Positions 28,400 through 39,060 are shown, counted from the stretch's first letter. The stretch: 64,000 bases of DNA from Planctomycetaceae bacterium (GCA_047973435.1 JBKECA010000285.1:575-64574); one strand, 5' to 3'. Notes: a model not told the origin generated them from the letters alone. Made by a program: numbers and translations.

Positions 28400-30190
28400 A
28401 TGGTTGACCGTAACCTCATTCGTGAATTTCAAGTAGACGAGGCGTCGCTCGACGCCGCGCTCACCGAGGCCCTCTCGCACATCCCCGAAGCCTCCGGGGA
28501 AATGGATCACATCTACGATCAGACTGCCAGCTCCTTCGATTCGAATCAGATCGTCGAAGGCGAAGTCATTGGCGTCAACGACAACGAGGTGATGCTGGAC
28601 ATCGGCTACAAAAGCGAGGGTATTATCCCCCGCGGCGAGTGGATCGACGAAGAGCCGCTGCCCCAGCTGGGCGACCGCATCGAAGTGCTGCTCGAAGATT
28701 TCGAAGACGAGCAGGGGCTGATTCTCCTGTCCCGCCGCAAGGCTGTTCGCCAGCGGGCGTGGGACAAGCTGATGAACGATGCCGGCGAGGGAAGCATCGT
28801 CGAGGGCGAGGTCATCCGGAAGATCAAAGGGGGTCTGCTGGTCAATCTCGATGGCGGCGGCGATTCAGCCGACGGCGTCAACGTGTTTCTCCCGGCCAGT
28901 CAGGTCGACATTCGCCGTCCGCAGGACATTGGCGAATTCATCGGCAAGACGATTCAATGCGTGATCCTCAAAATCGACGACTCGCGCAAGAACATCGTCG
29001 TCTCTCGCCGCAAACTGATCGAAGATCAGCGGGCCGAGATGAAGCGCAAGCTGATGGCCGAAATCGAAGAAGGTCAAATCCGCAAGGGCGTTGTCAAGAA
29101 CATCGCCGACTTCGGCGCGTTCGTCGACCTGGGCGGTATCGACGGCCTGCTGCACATTACCGACATGAGCTGGGGCCGCATCAATCACCCCAGCGAGATG
29201 GTCAAAATCGACGATCAGATCGAAGTCATGATCCTGAACGTCGACCGGGAAAAGGAAAAGATTGCTCTCGGTCTCAAGCAGAAGGAAGCGAGCCCCTGGG
29301 ACAACATCGACAGCAAGTTCCCGGTCACCAGCCGCGTGAAGGGCGAGGTGGTCAACATCATGACCTATGGTGCCTTCGTCAAGCTGGAGGACGGCATCGA
29401 GGGGCTCGTGCACATCAGCGAGATGTCCTGGACCCGTCGCCTGCAGCATCCGTCGGAGATGGTCAACATCGGCGACGAAGTCGAAGTGGTGGTGCTCGGC
29501 ATCAACACCGACAAGCAGGAGATTTCGCTGGGTATGAAGCAGACCCAGCCGAATCCCTGGGACGATGTCACCGCCAAGTACCCCGTCGGCGCCAAGGTCA
29601 AGGGAACGGTTCGCAACCTCACCAACTACGGCGCTTTCATTGAGCTGGAAGAGGGGGTCGACGGCCTGCTCCACGTCAGCGACATGAGCTGGACCCGCAA
29701 GATCTCGCACGCTTCGGAACTCCTCAAGAAGGGGGACGAGGTCGAGTGCGTGGTCATCTCGGTCGACGAGAACCGCAAGCGTATTGCGCTTGGCCTCAAG
29801 CAGCTGGATGAGGATCCGTGGGAAACGACGATCCCGCAGAAGTATCACCCGGGCGCTGTCGTTACCGGCACCGTCACGAAGATCACCAACTTCGGCGTCT
29901 TTGTGCAGCTGGAGGAGCAGCTCGAAGGTCTCTTGCACATCTCCGAGCTAGCCCAGCACAAGGTCGACAACCCCGAAAGCGAAGTGAAGGTTGGCGAGCA
30001 GCTGGAGGTCCGCGTGCTGCGGGTCGACCCAGTCGATCGCAAGATTGGCCTGTCTCGCAAACTCGACGGCGAGATCGAGCCGGAAGAAACCGGCGAAGCC
30101 GCGGCCGGCTCGAAGGAGCCGCTCAAAGGTGGCATGGGCTCGTCCAGCGGTCCCCTCTTCACCATGGGTGGCGAGAAGACCGAAGAGTAA
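28400..30190 (+). CDS. rpsA: 30S ribosomal protein S1
   Basis: Six consecutive S1/OB repeats (for example [53 protein letters not shown]). I chose ATG 28400 ([10 protein letters not shown]). The upstream ORF extension from 27995 has no S1 similarity. Confidence 0.95.
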   Translation: MVDRNLIREFQVDEASLDAALTEALSHIPEASGEMDHIYDQTASSFDSNQIVEGEVIGVNDNEVMLDIGYKSEGIIPRGEWIDEEPLPQLGDRIEVLLEDFEDEQGLILLSRRKAVRQRAWDKLMNDAGEGSIVEGEVIRKIKGGLLVNLDGGGDSADGVNVFLPASQVDIRRPQDIGEFIGKTIQCVILKIDDSRKNIVVSRRKLIEDQRAEMKRKLMAEIEEGQIRKGVVKNIADFGAFVDLGGIDGLLHITDMSWGRINHPSEMVKIDDQIEVMILNVDREKEKIALGLKQKEASPWDNIDSKFPVTSRVKGEVVNIMTYGAFVKLEDGIEGLVHISEMSWTRRLQHPSEMVNIGDEVEVVVLGINTDKQEISLGMKQTQPNPWDDVTAKYPVGAKVKGTVRNLTNYGAFIELEEGVDGLLHVSDMSWTRKISHASELLKKGDEVECVVISVDENRKRIALGLKQLDEDPWETTIPQKYHPGAVVTGTVTKITNFGVFVQLEEQLEGLLHISELAQHKVDNPESEVKVGEQLEVRVLRVDPVDRKIGLSRKLDGEIEPEETGEAAAGSKEPLKGGMGSSSGPLFTMGGEKTEE

Positions 30191-30224
30191 ACTCGCACGT
30201 TCTGAAGTGAGTGTGTGAACCACG

Positions 30225-30257
30225 AAAGCCCCAGGGTTGCAACCCTGGGGCTTTTTG
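30225..30257 (+). terminator. rho-independent terminator downstream of rpsA
   Basis: Perfect palindrome AAAGCCCCAGGGTT-GC-AACCCTGGGGCTTT followed by a T-run, 35 nt after the rpsA stop. Confidence 0.75.
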
Positions 30258-30290
30258 CATATCGACATGGAACTGGGATAAGCCGTTCCA

Positions 30291-31865
30291 ATGTCTTGCC
30301 AGCGAAATCGAATCATGCCCCATCTGTTTTCGACGAATCGGTCTCGAGCGCGGCTCACCATCGTGGCGGCCCTGGCCGTGTTCGGCTTGTGCGGAGCCCC
30401 CGCTCCTGTCGCCGCCGCCAAGCCCAACGTCATTCTTGTCATGGCCGATGACCTGGGGATTGGAGACATCACCCCCACCAATCCCGACTGCAAGATCAAG
30501 ACACCTCACCTGCAGCAGCTGGCCAACGAAGGTCTGACATTCCTCGACGCCCACACTCCCAGCTCGGTCTGCACACCGACTCGCTATGGTTTGATCACCG
30601 GACGTTACAACTGGCGGTCTCGGTTGGCCAAAGGGGTGCTCTTTGGAGAGAGTGAGCACCTGATTCCCGCCGACCGACCGACGCTCGGCCATCTCATGCA
30701 GGCGGCGGGATATCACACCGCCATGCTCGGCAAGTGGCATCTGGGCTGGGACTTCCACAAGACCGACGGTCAAATCGACTTCACTCAGCCTGTAACCAAT
30801 GGGCCGGACATCAACGGCTTCGACCAGTACTACGGTTTCTGTGGGTCGCTGGATATGCCGCCGTACGTCTGGGTCGACACCGGAAAAATCACAGCTCTGC
30901 CGGATCGGGTCGAGGGCATCACTCGCAAAGAGGACGAGTACGGCTGGTATCGCGAAGGCCCGATCGGCGCGGACTTTCATATTCCCCAAGTTCTGCCGCA
31001 GCTGTTCAATCGGGCGATTGCCCACGTGCACCACCGTGCCGGTGAGGCGAAGAATGAGAAGCCCTTCTTCCTGTACTTTCCGTTGCCCGCACCACATACG
31101 CCAATCGTGCCTGTCTCGCCGTTTACGGGAAAGAGTGAGCTGAACCCGTATGCCGACTTCGTCATGCAGGTAGACGATTCGATCGGGGCGCTGCTCAAAG
31201 CGGTCCAGGAGTCAGGCATCGAACAGAACACGCTGGTCCTCTTCACCAGCGACAACGGTTGCTCCCCGTCGGCGAATTTTCCACTGCTGCAAAGCCACGG
31301 TCATCGGCCCAGCGGTCCTTACCGGGGCCACAAGGCCGACATTTATGAAGGGGGACATCGTGTCCCGCTGATCGCGCGCTGGCCCGGAGTCGTCCAGGCG
31401 GGAACACGAACCAACTCACTTGCTTGCCTGACCGATATTTACGCGACCTTGCGGGAGATCACTGGCCAGCCCGTTCAGTCCGTCGGCGGGGAAGATGGTT
31501 ATAGCCTGCTGCCGGTCTTTCGAGGCGAGGCCTCATCCGGACGTGATACGCTCGTCAGCCACTCCATCGAAGGTGCCTTCGCGATCCGACAAGGGGACTG
31601 GAAGCTGTGCCTGTGCGCCGGGAGCGGCGGCTGGAGCGATCCGAAGGAGCTGGTTGCCCGAAAACGGAATCTGCCCCCCATGCAGTTATTCAATCTGGCC
31701 GACGACATTGGCGAGCAGAAAAATCTTGTGGAGCAGGAACCTCAGCGTGTGCAGGCCCTGCTGGACCTGCTCAAACAGCAGGTGACCAACGGTCGCTGCA
31801 CGCCGGGACAAACGCTGGCCAATGACCGTCAGGTGAACTACCTGCCTGCCTCTGTCGCTCCGTGA
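30291..31865 (+). CDS. sulfatase (arylsulfatase family)
   Basis: 524-aa ORF with a signal peptide, then PNVILVMADDLG and the formylglycine motif CTPTRYGLITGR. Confidence 0.9.
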   Translation: MSCQRNRIMPHLFSTNRSRARLTIVAALAVFGLCGAPAPVAAAKPNVILVMADDLGIGDITPTNPDCKIKTPHLQQLANEGLTFLDAHTPSSVCTPTRYGLITGRYNWRSRLAKGVLFGESEHLIPADRPTLGHLMQAAGYHTAMLGKWHLGWDFHKTDGQIDFTQPVTNGPDINGFDQYYGFCGSLDMPPYVWVDTGKITALPDRVEGITRKEDEYGWYREGPIGADFHIPQVLPQLFNRAIAHVHHRAGEAKNEKPFFLYFPLPAPHTPIVPVSPFTGKSELNPYADFVMQVDDSIGALLKAVQESGIEQNTLVLFTSDNGCSPSANFPLLQSHGHRPSGPYRGHKADIYEGGHRVPLIARWPGVVQAGTRTNSLACLTDIYATLREITGQPVQSVGGEDGYSLLPVFRGEASSGRDTLVSHSIEGAFAIRQGDWKLCLCAGSGGWSDPKELVARKRNLPPMQLFNLADDIGEQKNLVEQEPQRVQALLDLLKQQVTNGRCTPGQTLANDRQVNYLPASVAP

Positions 31866-31907
31866 AAGAGCACGGACGAACTCACAGAGGAGTCTGCAGT
31901 CAATCGT

Positions 31908-34286
31908 ATGCCACACGCCGATGATCCGTTGCATCCTCCCTCGATTCCCGCGCAGCACACCCTGCGGGATCATGGAGGAATTGTCAAAGTCCATCCCACG
32001 GCGGATGCCCGTGGCTTGCTGATTGACTTCGATCCCGAGCAATTGACCGAGGACGATGTCCGGACCCTGGTGCGCGAACACAAGCCGGAGCTGACCACGG
32101 CACTCCGCAAGCTGACGTTGCGACTCGATGGACACGGCAGTGAAGAAAGTGCCCACCGGCTGGGGACCCGGTTCGAGCAGCTCCCCGGCGTGCGCCGCGC
32201 TCGAGCCACTTACATTGGTCGAGTCCTGTCTCTGACATTCGACTCTCAGGCAACCACGGATGCGCAGGTTCTGCAGACCATCCAGCAGACGGGGGCGAAT
32301 GTCGAGCCGATTAAGTCCGCGCTCCAGTCGCAACGCAACGCAACGCTCGCCACAAAACTGGTCACCGGCGAGTTGAATGAAGAGATTTCCTGCACCCTCG
32401 GCCTGATCGCCCTGGTGAGTGCGGCGGCGCTGGAACGGACTTCCGGCATGACGACAGCTGTGCAGGGACTGTACGGTGCCGCCTACCTCTTCAATGGTCA
32501 GCAGGGAGTGCGGTCGGCCATCGGTTCCCTCAGGCAGGGAGTGCTCGACGTCGATGTGCTGATGGTCATGGCTGCTCTTGGAGCCGCCGTCGTCGGTGCG
32601 CCGTTCGAAGGCGCGCTGCTGCTGTTACTGTTCGCGTTTTCCAATGTCCTGCAGCGGTACGCGCTGGCCCGAACTCAACGAGCCATCGAGTCGTTACTGA
32701 CATTGCGGCCGGAAACCGCTCTCCGCAAGACATTGCAAGGGACCGAGATCATCCGCGTCGAAGACCTGCAAGTTGAAGATGTGGTGATCGTCCGCCCCGG
32801 AGAACACATCCCTGTTGACGGTGTTGTCAGCGAAGGTTCGAGCAGCGTCGATGAATCGTCGCTGACCGGCGAGTCGCTCCCCGTCTCCAAGGGGGTCGGG
32901 AGCACCGTCTTTTCCGGAACGCTCAATCACAGTGGCGGCATCGAGGTTCGTGTCACGCGTCGGACAGAAGACTCAACACTGGCCCGCATGGTGGAGCTGG
33001 TTGCCGAAGCGCAAGCGGAAAAGTCCGGCACACAGCGATTCCTCGAGCGGGCCGAGCAGTATTACGCGACCGGTGTCATTGTGCTGACGGCGCTCGTCTG
33101 TGTCATTCCCTGGCTGCTGTGGCGTGAGGACTTCAGCACCGCATTCTACCGGGCCATGACTGTCATGGTCGTCGCTTCGCCGTGCGCATTGGTGATCAGC
33201 ACGCCGGCGACGGTGCTGTCGGCGATCGGCGGAGCCGCGCGCCGCGGCATTCTGATCAAAGGGGGTTCGCATCTCGAACAGGCTGCGGAGATCGAGATCG
33301 TCGCGGTGGACAAGACCGGCACGCTCACTCATGGTCGCCCCGAGCTAACCGAGATGGTCGGGGCCTTCGGTGTTCAGTCCGCAACCGATGCTTCTTCGGA
33401 CGCACTGACGGCGGAGGCAAATTCGTTGCTGCGGGCCGCCGCTTCGCTGGAATCGAAATCCGAGCATCCCCTGGCCGCTGCGATCGTCCGGGCCGCCGAT
33501 GCTCGCAGTCTCCCCCTGTCCTTCGCAGCCGACTTCCAATCGACGACCGGCAAGGGGGCCGCGGCCACCATCGACGGCACACGATACGTTGTCGGCAGCG
33601 AGCGACTGTTTCGGGAATCCCCGGCGGAGGGCATGGACGAACTGTCTCAACACGCAGCACCACTGCAGACGCAAGGCAAGACCTGCGTCTGGCTGGGCGA
33701 GCAAGATGGCGATCGCCTGCGCGCTCGCGCGGTGCTGGTCATGGCCGACACGCTTCGTCCTGAAGCCAGACATCTAACCCGTCAACTCAAGGCCACCGGC
33801 ATCCGTCGCGTCGTCATGTTGACGGGAGACCATCGAACCGTTGCCGAGGCCATTGCGGCCGAGGCGGGAGTGGACGATGTTCGGGCCGAACTGCTGCCAG
33901 CCGACAAGGTGCAGGCCATTCGCGAGCTGCGCCGCGAAGGTCGCGTGATGATGATCGGCGACGGCGTCAATGACGCCCCGGCTCTCGCTGCGGCCGATCT
34001 CGGCGTGGCAATGGGGGCAGCCGGAGCGGACATCGCCATGGAAACCGCCGATGTCGTGCTGATGGGAGATCAGCTGGAAAACATCGTCCTGCTGCAAAGA
34101 CTGGCCCGCAAAGCGCGACGCGTGCTTTGGCAAAACCTGTCCTTCGCGGGCGCCGTGATCGTTGTCCTGATTGCCGCAGCGCTCGGTCTGGCGCTGCCGC
34201 TGCCTGTCGGGGTCGTCGGACACGAAGGTAGCACGGTTCTCGTTTGCCTGAACGGTCTGCGTCTGCTGCTGACTCCCCGCGACTGA
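31908..34286 (+). CDS. heavy-metal translocating P-type ATPase, P1B-4-like
   Basis: DKTGTLT phosphorylation site, the hinge [10 protein letters not shown], a transmembrane SPC motif ([13 protein letters not shown]) and HEGST in the last TM helix. The N-terminal ~170 aa is HMA-fold-like but lacks CxxC. Confidence 0.9.
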   Translation: MPHADDPLHPPSIPAQHTLRDHGGIVKVHPTADARGLLIDFDPEQLTEDDVRTLVREHKPELTTALRKLTLRLDGHGSEESAHRLGTRFEQLPGVRRARATYIGRVLSLTFDSQATTDAQVLQTIQQTGANVEPIKSALQSQRNATLATKLVTGELNEEISCTLGLIALVSAAALERTSGMTTAVQGLYGAAYLFNGQQGVRSAIGSLRQGVLDVDVLMVMAALGAAVVGAPFEGALLLLLFAFSNVLQRYALARTQRAIESLLTLRPETALRKTLQGTEIIRVEDLQVEDVVIVRPGEHIPVDGVVSEGSSSVDESSLTGESLPVSKGVGSTVFSGTLNHSGGIEVRVTRRTEDSTLARMVELVAEAQAEKSGTQRFLERAEQYYATGVIVLTALVCVIPWLLWREDFSTAFYRAMTVMVVASPCALVISTPATVLSAIGGAARRGILIKGGSHLEQAAEIEIVAVDKTGTLTHGRPELTEMVGAFGVQSATDASSDALTAEANSLLRAAASLESKSEHPLAAAIVRAADARSLPLSFAADFQSTTGKGAAATIDGTRYVVGSERLFRESPAEGMDELSQHAAPLQTQGKTCVWLGEQDGDRLRARAVLVMADTLRPEARHLTRQLKATGIRRVVMLTGDHRTVAEAIAAEAGVDDVRAELLPADKVQAIRELRREGRVMMIGDGVNDAPALAAADLGVAMGAAGADIAMETADVVLMGDQLENIVLLQRLARKARRVLWQNLSFAGAVIVVLIAAALGLALPLPVGVVGHEGSTVLVCLNGLRLLLTPRD

Positions 34287-34313
34287 ATCCGAGTTCGTCG
34301 TACAACCATGTCG

Positions 34314-34341
34314 AAAGCCCCCGGTTGCAATCCTGGGGCTT
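34314..34341 (-). terminator. hairpin between convergent ATPase and helicase genes, a likely terminator and a sequence relative of the rpsA terminator
   Basis: AAAGCCCCCGG-TTGCAAT-CCTGGGGCTT. On the minus strand the stem is followed by TTTCG. It lies 28 nt after the ATPase stop and 41 nt after the helicase stop. Confidence 0.5.
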
Positions 34342-34381
34342 GGGGGTCATCCATCGCGGTCCTGCGCGTGATACTCCGTCA

Positions 34382-35605
34382 TCAGTGCACGTAGAACTCT
34401 TCCGGATCGTCAAACGTGACGACGAGATCGTCAACATGCACTCGGGGCTTCTTCGGCTGGTAGGCCTCAAAGTCGTCCAGCTTGTATTCCTGGATCAGCA
34501 CGTTGATGCGCATCTCGATGCGGGTCAGCTCGTTCCCTTCATCGGTGGCGACGAACGTAAATGCTCGACCGGGGACGCTGGACGAGATTCGCCCCGTCCG
34601 GCCGACGCGGTGAATGTAGTCGTCGCAGTCCTGCGGGATGTCGTAGTTGACAATGTGGGACACACCGCTGATGTCGATGCCTCGGCCGACGACGTCCGTC
34701 GCAATCAGCAGGCGGACCTTTCCTTCGCGAAGGCGCTTCATCACTTTGTCCCGCGTCGACTGGGGTAAGTCGCCGTGCATGGCGGCAATGTGGTGCAGCT
34801 TCGTCGACAGCTTCTGATACAACCGATCCGCTCCGCGCTTGGTCCGGCAAAAGACGATCGCCTGCTGCGGCCGCTCCTTCAGCAGCAGCTTCACCAGCAG
34901 TCCGAACTTCCGCCGCGGATCGACGGTGCAGTAATACTGTGAGACCTGATCGGTCACGACCCGGTCCTGAGAGAGATCGACGCGCTGCGGATCACGCATG
35001 TAACGCTTGGCCAGTCGCTCGACCGGCGGCGGCATCGTCGCCGAGAGCAGCAGCGTCTGTCGGTCGTCCGGACAGCGCCGCAGGATGCGTTCAATGTCCG
35101 GACGGAAGCCGATATCCAGCATCCGGTCGGCCTCATCCAGCACGACCACCTTCAGCCGTGAAAAATCGACTGCCCGGCGGTGCATCAGGTCGATCACTCG
35201 CCCTGGAGTTCCGACGACAATCGTCGGCTTCTTCCGCAGTTGTTCCAGCTGTCCGCCAATCGACTTGCCGCCAACAAGCAGTGCCGGCTGACAATTGTGC
35301 CTGGCCGCCAGTCGGGAACATTCGGCGGAGACCTGTTCGCTCAGCTCGCGTGTGGGGGAGAGGACGAGGGCCTGAATATCCCCGGACTGATGGTCAATTC
35401 GCTCCAGAATCGGGATCACGAAGGCGGCGGTCTTGCCCGTGCCTGTCCGGGCCTGTCCGGTGCAGTCAACGCCAGTCACGGCGATGGGGATAAACGACGC
35501 CTGAATGGGGGTCGCGGTTTCGTAGCGGACATCGGCCAGGGCCTGCAGCATCGGCTGGCTGAGCCCCAGGTCCGCAAAGCGGACGGGAGTTTCGGTCGTA
35601 GACAA
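34382..35605 (-). CDS. DEAD-box ATP-dependent RNA helicase
   Basis: Motifs ARTGTGKTAAF, PTRELS, VLDEADRML (DEAD), SAT and HRVGRTGR. Confidence 0.92.
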   Translation of the reverse strand: MSTTETPVRFADLGLSQPMLQALADVRYETATPIQASFIPIAVTGVDCTGQARTGTGKTAAFVIPILERIDHQSGDIQALVLSPTRELSEQVSAECSRLAARHNCQPALLVGGKSIGGQLEQLRKKPTIVVGTPGRVIDLMHRRAVDFSRLKVVVLDEADRMLDIGFRPDIERILRRCPDDRQTLLLSATMPPPVERLAKRYMRDPQRVDLSQDRVVTDQVSQYYCTVDPRRKFGLLVKLLLKERPQQAIVFCRTKRGADRLYQKLSTKLHHIAAMHGDLPQSTRDKVMKRLREGKVRLLIATDVVGRGIDISGVSHIVNYDIPQDCDDYIHRVGRTGRISSSVPGRAFTFVATDEGNELTRIEMRINVLIQEYKLDDFEAYQPKKPRVHVDDLVVTFDDPEEFYVH

Positions 35606-36042
35606 CCTCGGTTTCCTTCGCTGTATTCAATCCGGCGTGGGCGGCGCTTTTGAGACAGGGCCACCAAGCTGTCGGGCAGACGTCGCGAGTCGGGGATTTC
35701 GCCGCCCCGCAAGTACAATTACAACCCGCGTCTCTCCTCGCTGCGATTCCACCGTAGTAGCGGCCGAGCTGACAGCGCGGGCTGTCGGTGCTGAAGAGCG
35801 CGGCTGTTCCCTGCCGTCATCATTGCCCTTGGGAGGGACACCCCCTCCGGGAAAAACCATTACACCTGCATTAGAACACGATAAGGAGCGCCGCCACGAG
35901 AGTCAACGCGTTCTCACTCCGGGCGATCCGTGGATTCCCATCAACAGGTCCATGATTTACTATTCGGCCCGACGATCGCGCCCGGCCGTTGTCGGTGGTC
36001 GCAGACCCTGTCCTCCCCTGAAAACCCCGGTAGGAAGCGGCC

Positions 36043-37377
36043 ATGTGGAGGAATACCGCAGTGATGCCACAACAGCGACCGGCCAGCGAAGCACCTGCGA
36101 TTGACGTCGTTCAATCGGATCCCTCCCGCCGCAACACGTTTCGGGCCGGTTGCGGTCGATTGCGGGCCCTGGTCCTTTTCGCGGCCATCATGTTTTCCAG
36201 CGGGTCGGTCAATCGCGTGTTCGCACAGCCGGCCACCGAGTCGCCACTTCCATCTCCCACTGACGTGACCGCGGTCGACGCTCCCTGGGATGGCGGAAAC
36301 GCGGTCGTGGTGAGCTTCCGCCCGGCGACCAACAGTCCCGATGTGGAATACTCGATCCGCAGTAGCGGTGAGGCGAACGGCGTGTACACCGAGGTCGCCC
36401 GACTGGCTGACACCGACGTTGATCCCAAGACTGGTCGAATTGCCATGACCGTTCACGATCTGATTCGCGGCGAACCCTACTGGTTTCGCGTTGCAGCCGT
36501 CGGGCCTGACAACACAGAATCCTTGTCGGTGGGACTTCCTGCCGATCGTCCAGTCGTTCCGACCCGTCAGTTGTTCGACGGCAGCCGGATGTGGCTGCTG
36601 CTGATTGGCTCGATTATTTGTGGTTCGGTCGTGCTGTTCATTGGACTGGCCCGGTCGGGGGTCAAGCTTTACATCCGCAAAATCGCGGGTCTGGATGCCG
36701 TGGAGGAAGCGGTCGGCCGCGCCACGGAAATGGGGCGGACATGTCTGTTCGTGCCCGGAGTCCTCGACATCAACGACATCCAGACGGTAGCCGGCCTGAC
36801 GATTCTGTCTCGCGTGGCCGAACGGGCGGCCGAGTATGACGCCCGGCTGGAAGTCCCGACCAGTCGCTCGCTGGTGATGACTGCCGCCCGTGAGACGGTC
36901 CAGTCCGCCTATTTGACCGCCGGCCGGCCCGATGCCTACAACGAAGATGCCATCAGCTATGTTACCGATGAGCAGTTCGGCTATGTCGCCTACCTCACGG
37001 GACAAATGGTTCGCGACAAACCAGCCGCCTGCTTTTATCTGGGGGCCTTCTTTGCGGAATCGTTGATCCTGGCTGAGACCGGTAATGCGATTGGCGCGAT
37101 ACAGGTGGCTGGAACCGCCCAGCCCGCCCAACTGCCATTCTTTGTGGCGGCGTGCGACTACACGCTGATTGGCGAGGAATTCTTCGCGGCTTCAGCCTAT
37201 CTCTCCCATGACCCCGATCAGTTGGGAAGCCTGAAAGGTCAAGACGTTGGCAAACTGATTGTCGCGGGACTGATGATCGTCGGCGTCGGTTTGCTGACGC
37301 TCGCGGCTGTCACCCGGAATCCCGGTTTGGCGCAGGCGGCCGCCTACGTCCGCGACACGATCCTGGCCAGCGGCTGA
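36043..37377 (+). CDS. hypothetical membrane protein with N-terminal fibronectin-III-like domain
   Basis: 444-aa ORF with a signal/TM segment, then an FN3-like segment (TDVTAVDAPWDGGNAVVVSF...EPYWFRVAAVG), then a TM-flanked conserved-looking domain. The family name is not certain. The long antisense ORF 35941-37131 is rejected. Confidence 0.6.
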   Translation: MWRNTAVMPQQRPASEAPAIDVVQSDPSRRNTFRAGCGRLRALVLFAAIMFSSGSVNRVFAQPATESPLPSPTDVTAVDAPWDGGNAVVVSFRPATNSPDVEYSIRSSGEANGVYTEVARLADTDVDPKTGRIAMTVHDLIRGEPYWFRVAAVGPDNTESLSVGLPADRPVVPTRQLFDGSRMWLLLIGSIICGSVVLFIGLARSGVKLYIRKIAGLDAVEEAVGRATEMGRTCLFVPGVLDINDIQTVAGLTILSRVAERAAEYDARLEVPTSRSLVMTAARETVQSAYLTAGRPDAYNEDAISYVTDEQFGYVAYLTGQMVRDKPAACFYLGAFFAESLILAETGNAIGAIQVAGTAQPAQLPFFVAACDYTLIGEEFFAASAYLSHDPDQLGSLKGQDVGKLIVAGLMIVGVGLLTLAAVTRNPGLAQAAAYVRDTILASG

Positions 37378-37414
37378 AGAACTGGCCAGTTGCCGAAGAC
37401 AGCGTCGCTGGCCG

Positions 37415-38242
37415 TCATGGCCAGATCGCGGCATCTTCGCCGTCGAGCCGCAGCGTTAGGCACTTGGCGCTTCCGCCCGCCTTGATGAACTCGTCCAGCG
37501 GCGTCGGGACGACGTGGAACCCCTGCTGCTTTAGTTCCGCCGTCAGCTGCGGACAACCGTTGTTGAGGATCACCGTAGTGCCAATCACGACGGCATTGCA
37601 CGCGAAGCGCGCGGCTTCGCTGTCTGGCACTGCGATCAGATTGGGAATCGCCCCCCGGATAGCCTTCTGACCGTATTCATCGAACGCCGCCGGATACCAC
37701 ATCGCCAGCCCCGGCCGCAGCGGACAGAAGCAGGTGTCGAGGTGATAGTAGCGGTCGTTAACCAGTTGCACCGGCAGAACCCGACAGCCGATCGCTTCCG
37801 CCAGCCACTGCATCGCCCGGGCATCACTGCGAAAGACATATCCGCCGACGAGTGTCTCGCCGCAGAACAGGGCATCCCCGGCTCCTTCGAAATCGAGATC
37901 GTCCGGGAGTTCCCGACAGGCCAGTCCATGCGACTCAAACCATTCCCGGTCAACCGGCGTCTCCGGCTGTCGGGCGGAGTAACGAAATCGGGACAGGTAC
38001 ACCGTCTCCCGATGCACGAGCCCGGCATTTGCCGTGAAGACCAGATCCGGCAGACCCGGTTTGGCCGGCAACAGTTCAATCTGACCACCGCAACTGGAAA
38101 TGGCGGCGCACAGCCCGTTCCATTGCTCGCGTGCGGCCGCCACGTCGGCACCACGCTGCCGATTCATCCACGGATTGATCTCGTACTCGATCCCGTAATG
38201 GTCTGGCGGACACATCAGAATGGTCGGCAGCTGGAACGGCAT
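37415..38242 (-). CDS. amidinotransferase / dimethylarginine dimethylaminohydrolase-like family protein
   Basis: 275-aa ORF starting ILMCPPDHYGIEYEINPWM and ending with the catalytic-Cys context GGSAKCLTLRL, typical of the guanidino-group modifying enzyme fold. Confidence 0.8.
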   Translation of the reverse strand: MPFQLPTILMCPPDHYGIEYEINPWMNRQRGADVAAAREQWNGLCAAISSCGGQIELLPAKPGLPDLVFTANAGLVHRETVYLSRFRYSARQPETPVDREWFESHGLACRELPDDLDFEGAGDALFCGETLVGGYVFRSDARAMQWLAEAIGCRVLPVQLVNDRYYHLDTCFCPLRPGLAMWYPAAFDEYGQKAIRGAIPNLIAVPDSEAARFACNAVVIGTTVILNNGCPQLTAELKQQGFHVVPTPLDEFIKAGGSAKCLTLRLDGEDAAIWP

Positions 38243-38256
38243 ATCTCGTCCGTGCT

Positions 38257-38344
38257 GTTATTCCGCACGCGGTCAAAGACGATACGTTCTGTCGCGTGGG
38301 ACTTGATCGTCCGAATCATCTCACTCGCTGACGCGGGCAATCGA
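38257..38344 (-). repeat. 87-bp inverted-repeat element, copy A (diverged)
   Basis: GTTATTCCGCACGCGGTC...CCGAATCATCTCACTCGCTGACGCGGGCAATCGA. It fills the 104-bp spacer between the gpx stop and the amidinotransferase start. Confidence 0.8.
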
Positions 38345-38346
38345 CG

Positions 38347-38949
38347 TCATGGGGTCGACAACGGCTTGACCAGTTCCGCCTGAACGGCCTTTGCCAGCTC
38401 CGCGTCCGTCGGCTCGGTTCCTGTGCCGAAACGGGCGACGACCTGTCCGTCCCGGCTGATGAGAAACTTCTCAAAGTTCCAGCCGATGTTGCCAGTCCCT
38501 TTGGGCCTGGTCGTCTGACTCGTCAGGTACTTGTAGAACGGTGCCGCCTGCGGGCCGTTGACGTCAATCTTGGCGAACATCGGAAAGGTGACGCTGTATT
38601 CTCGTGTGCAGAACGCCGTGATCTCCTCGGCCGATCCTGGTTCCTGAGCGCCAAACTGGTTGCACGGAAAGCCGAGCACCACGAGGCCGTCCCCCTTGTG
38701 CTCCTGATACAGACGCTGCAGGTCGGCGTATTGCGGAGTCGCTCCGCACTCACTGGCCACATTCACTACCAGCAGGACCTTCCCTTGATAATCCGCGAGA
38801 TTCACGGACTTTCCATCCAGCGACTGGACTTCGTAATTGAGTGCTGCGGGCACGGTCTTGTCCTTCGGTTCAGCAGCCAACACAGAGGCGGTCAGGGTCA
38901 ACACGGTCAGACAGGCGTAGCGAAGCATGCAAATTCTCCCGAGGGTCAT
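38347..38949 (-). CDS. glutathione peroxidase
   Basis: 200-aa ORF with a signal peptide and GPx motifs NVASECGATPQY and LGFPCNQFGAQEPG. Confidence 0.9.
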   Translation of the reverse strand: MTLGRICMLRYACLTVLTLTASVLAAEPKDKTVPAALNYEVQSLDGKSVNLADYQGKVLLVVNVASECGATPQYADLQRLYQEHKGDGLVVLGFPCNQFGAQEPGSAEEITAFCTREYSVTFPMFAKIDVNGPQAAPFYKYLTSQTTRPKGTGNIGWNFEKFLISRDGQVVARFGTGTEPTDAELAKAVQAELVKPLSTP

Positions 38950-38974
38950 GGCACCGTTTATCCGATTCCCATTC

Positions 38975-39060
38975 TATACCGCACGCGGTCAATGTTGATA
39001 CGTTTTGCCTCGCGGGGCTTTAACGTCCGAATCATCTCACTCATTGCCGCGGGCAGTATA
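38975..39060 (-). repeat. 87-bp inverted-repeat element, copy B
   Basis: TATACCGCACGCGGTCAATGTTGATACGTTTTGCCTCGCGGGGCTTTAACGTCCGAATCATCTCACTCATTGCCGCGGGCAGTATA, ending 25 nt upstream of the gpx ATG. Confidence 0.9.

Noticed and set aside
27719-28510. N-terminal extension of the gspG ORF (428-aa version), and likewise 27995-28399 for rpsA, 12846-13001 for MoxR, 19343-19480 for the ATP-grasp-like gene and 63584-63667 for ndk.
   Set aside because: The extensions have no family similarity, are Arg/Pro-rich, and overlap neighbouring features. Internal ATG codons give proteins of canonical length and N-termini.
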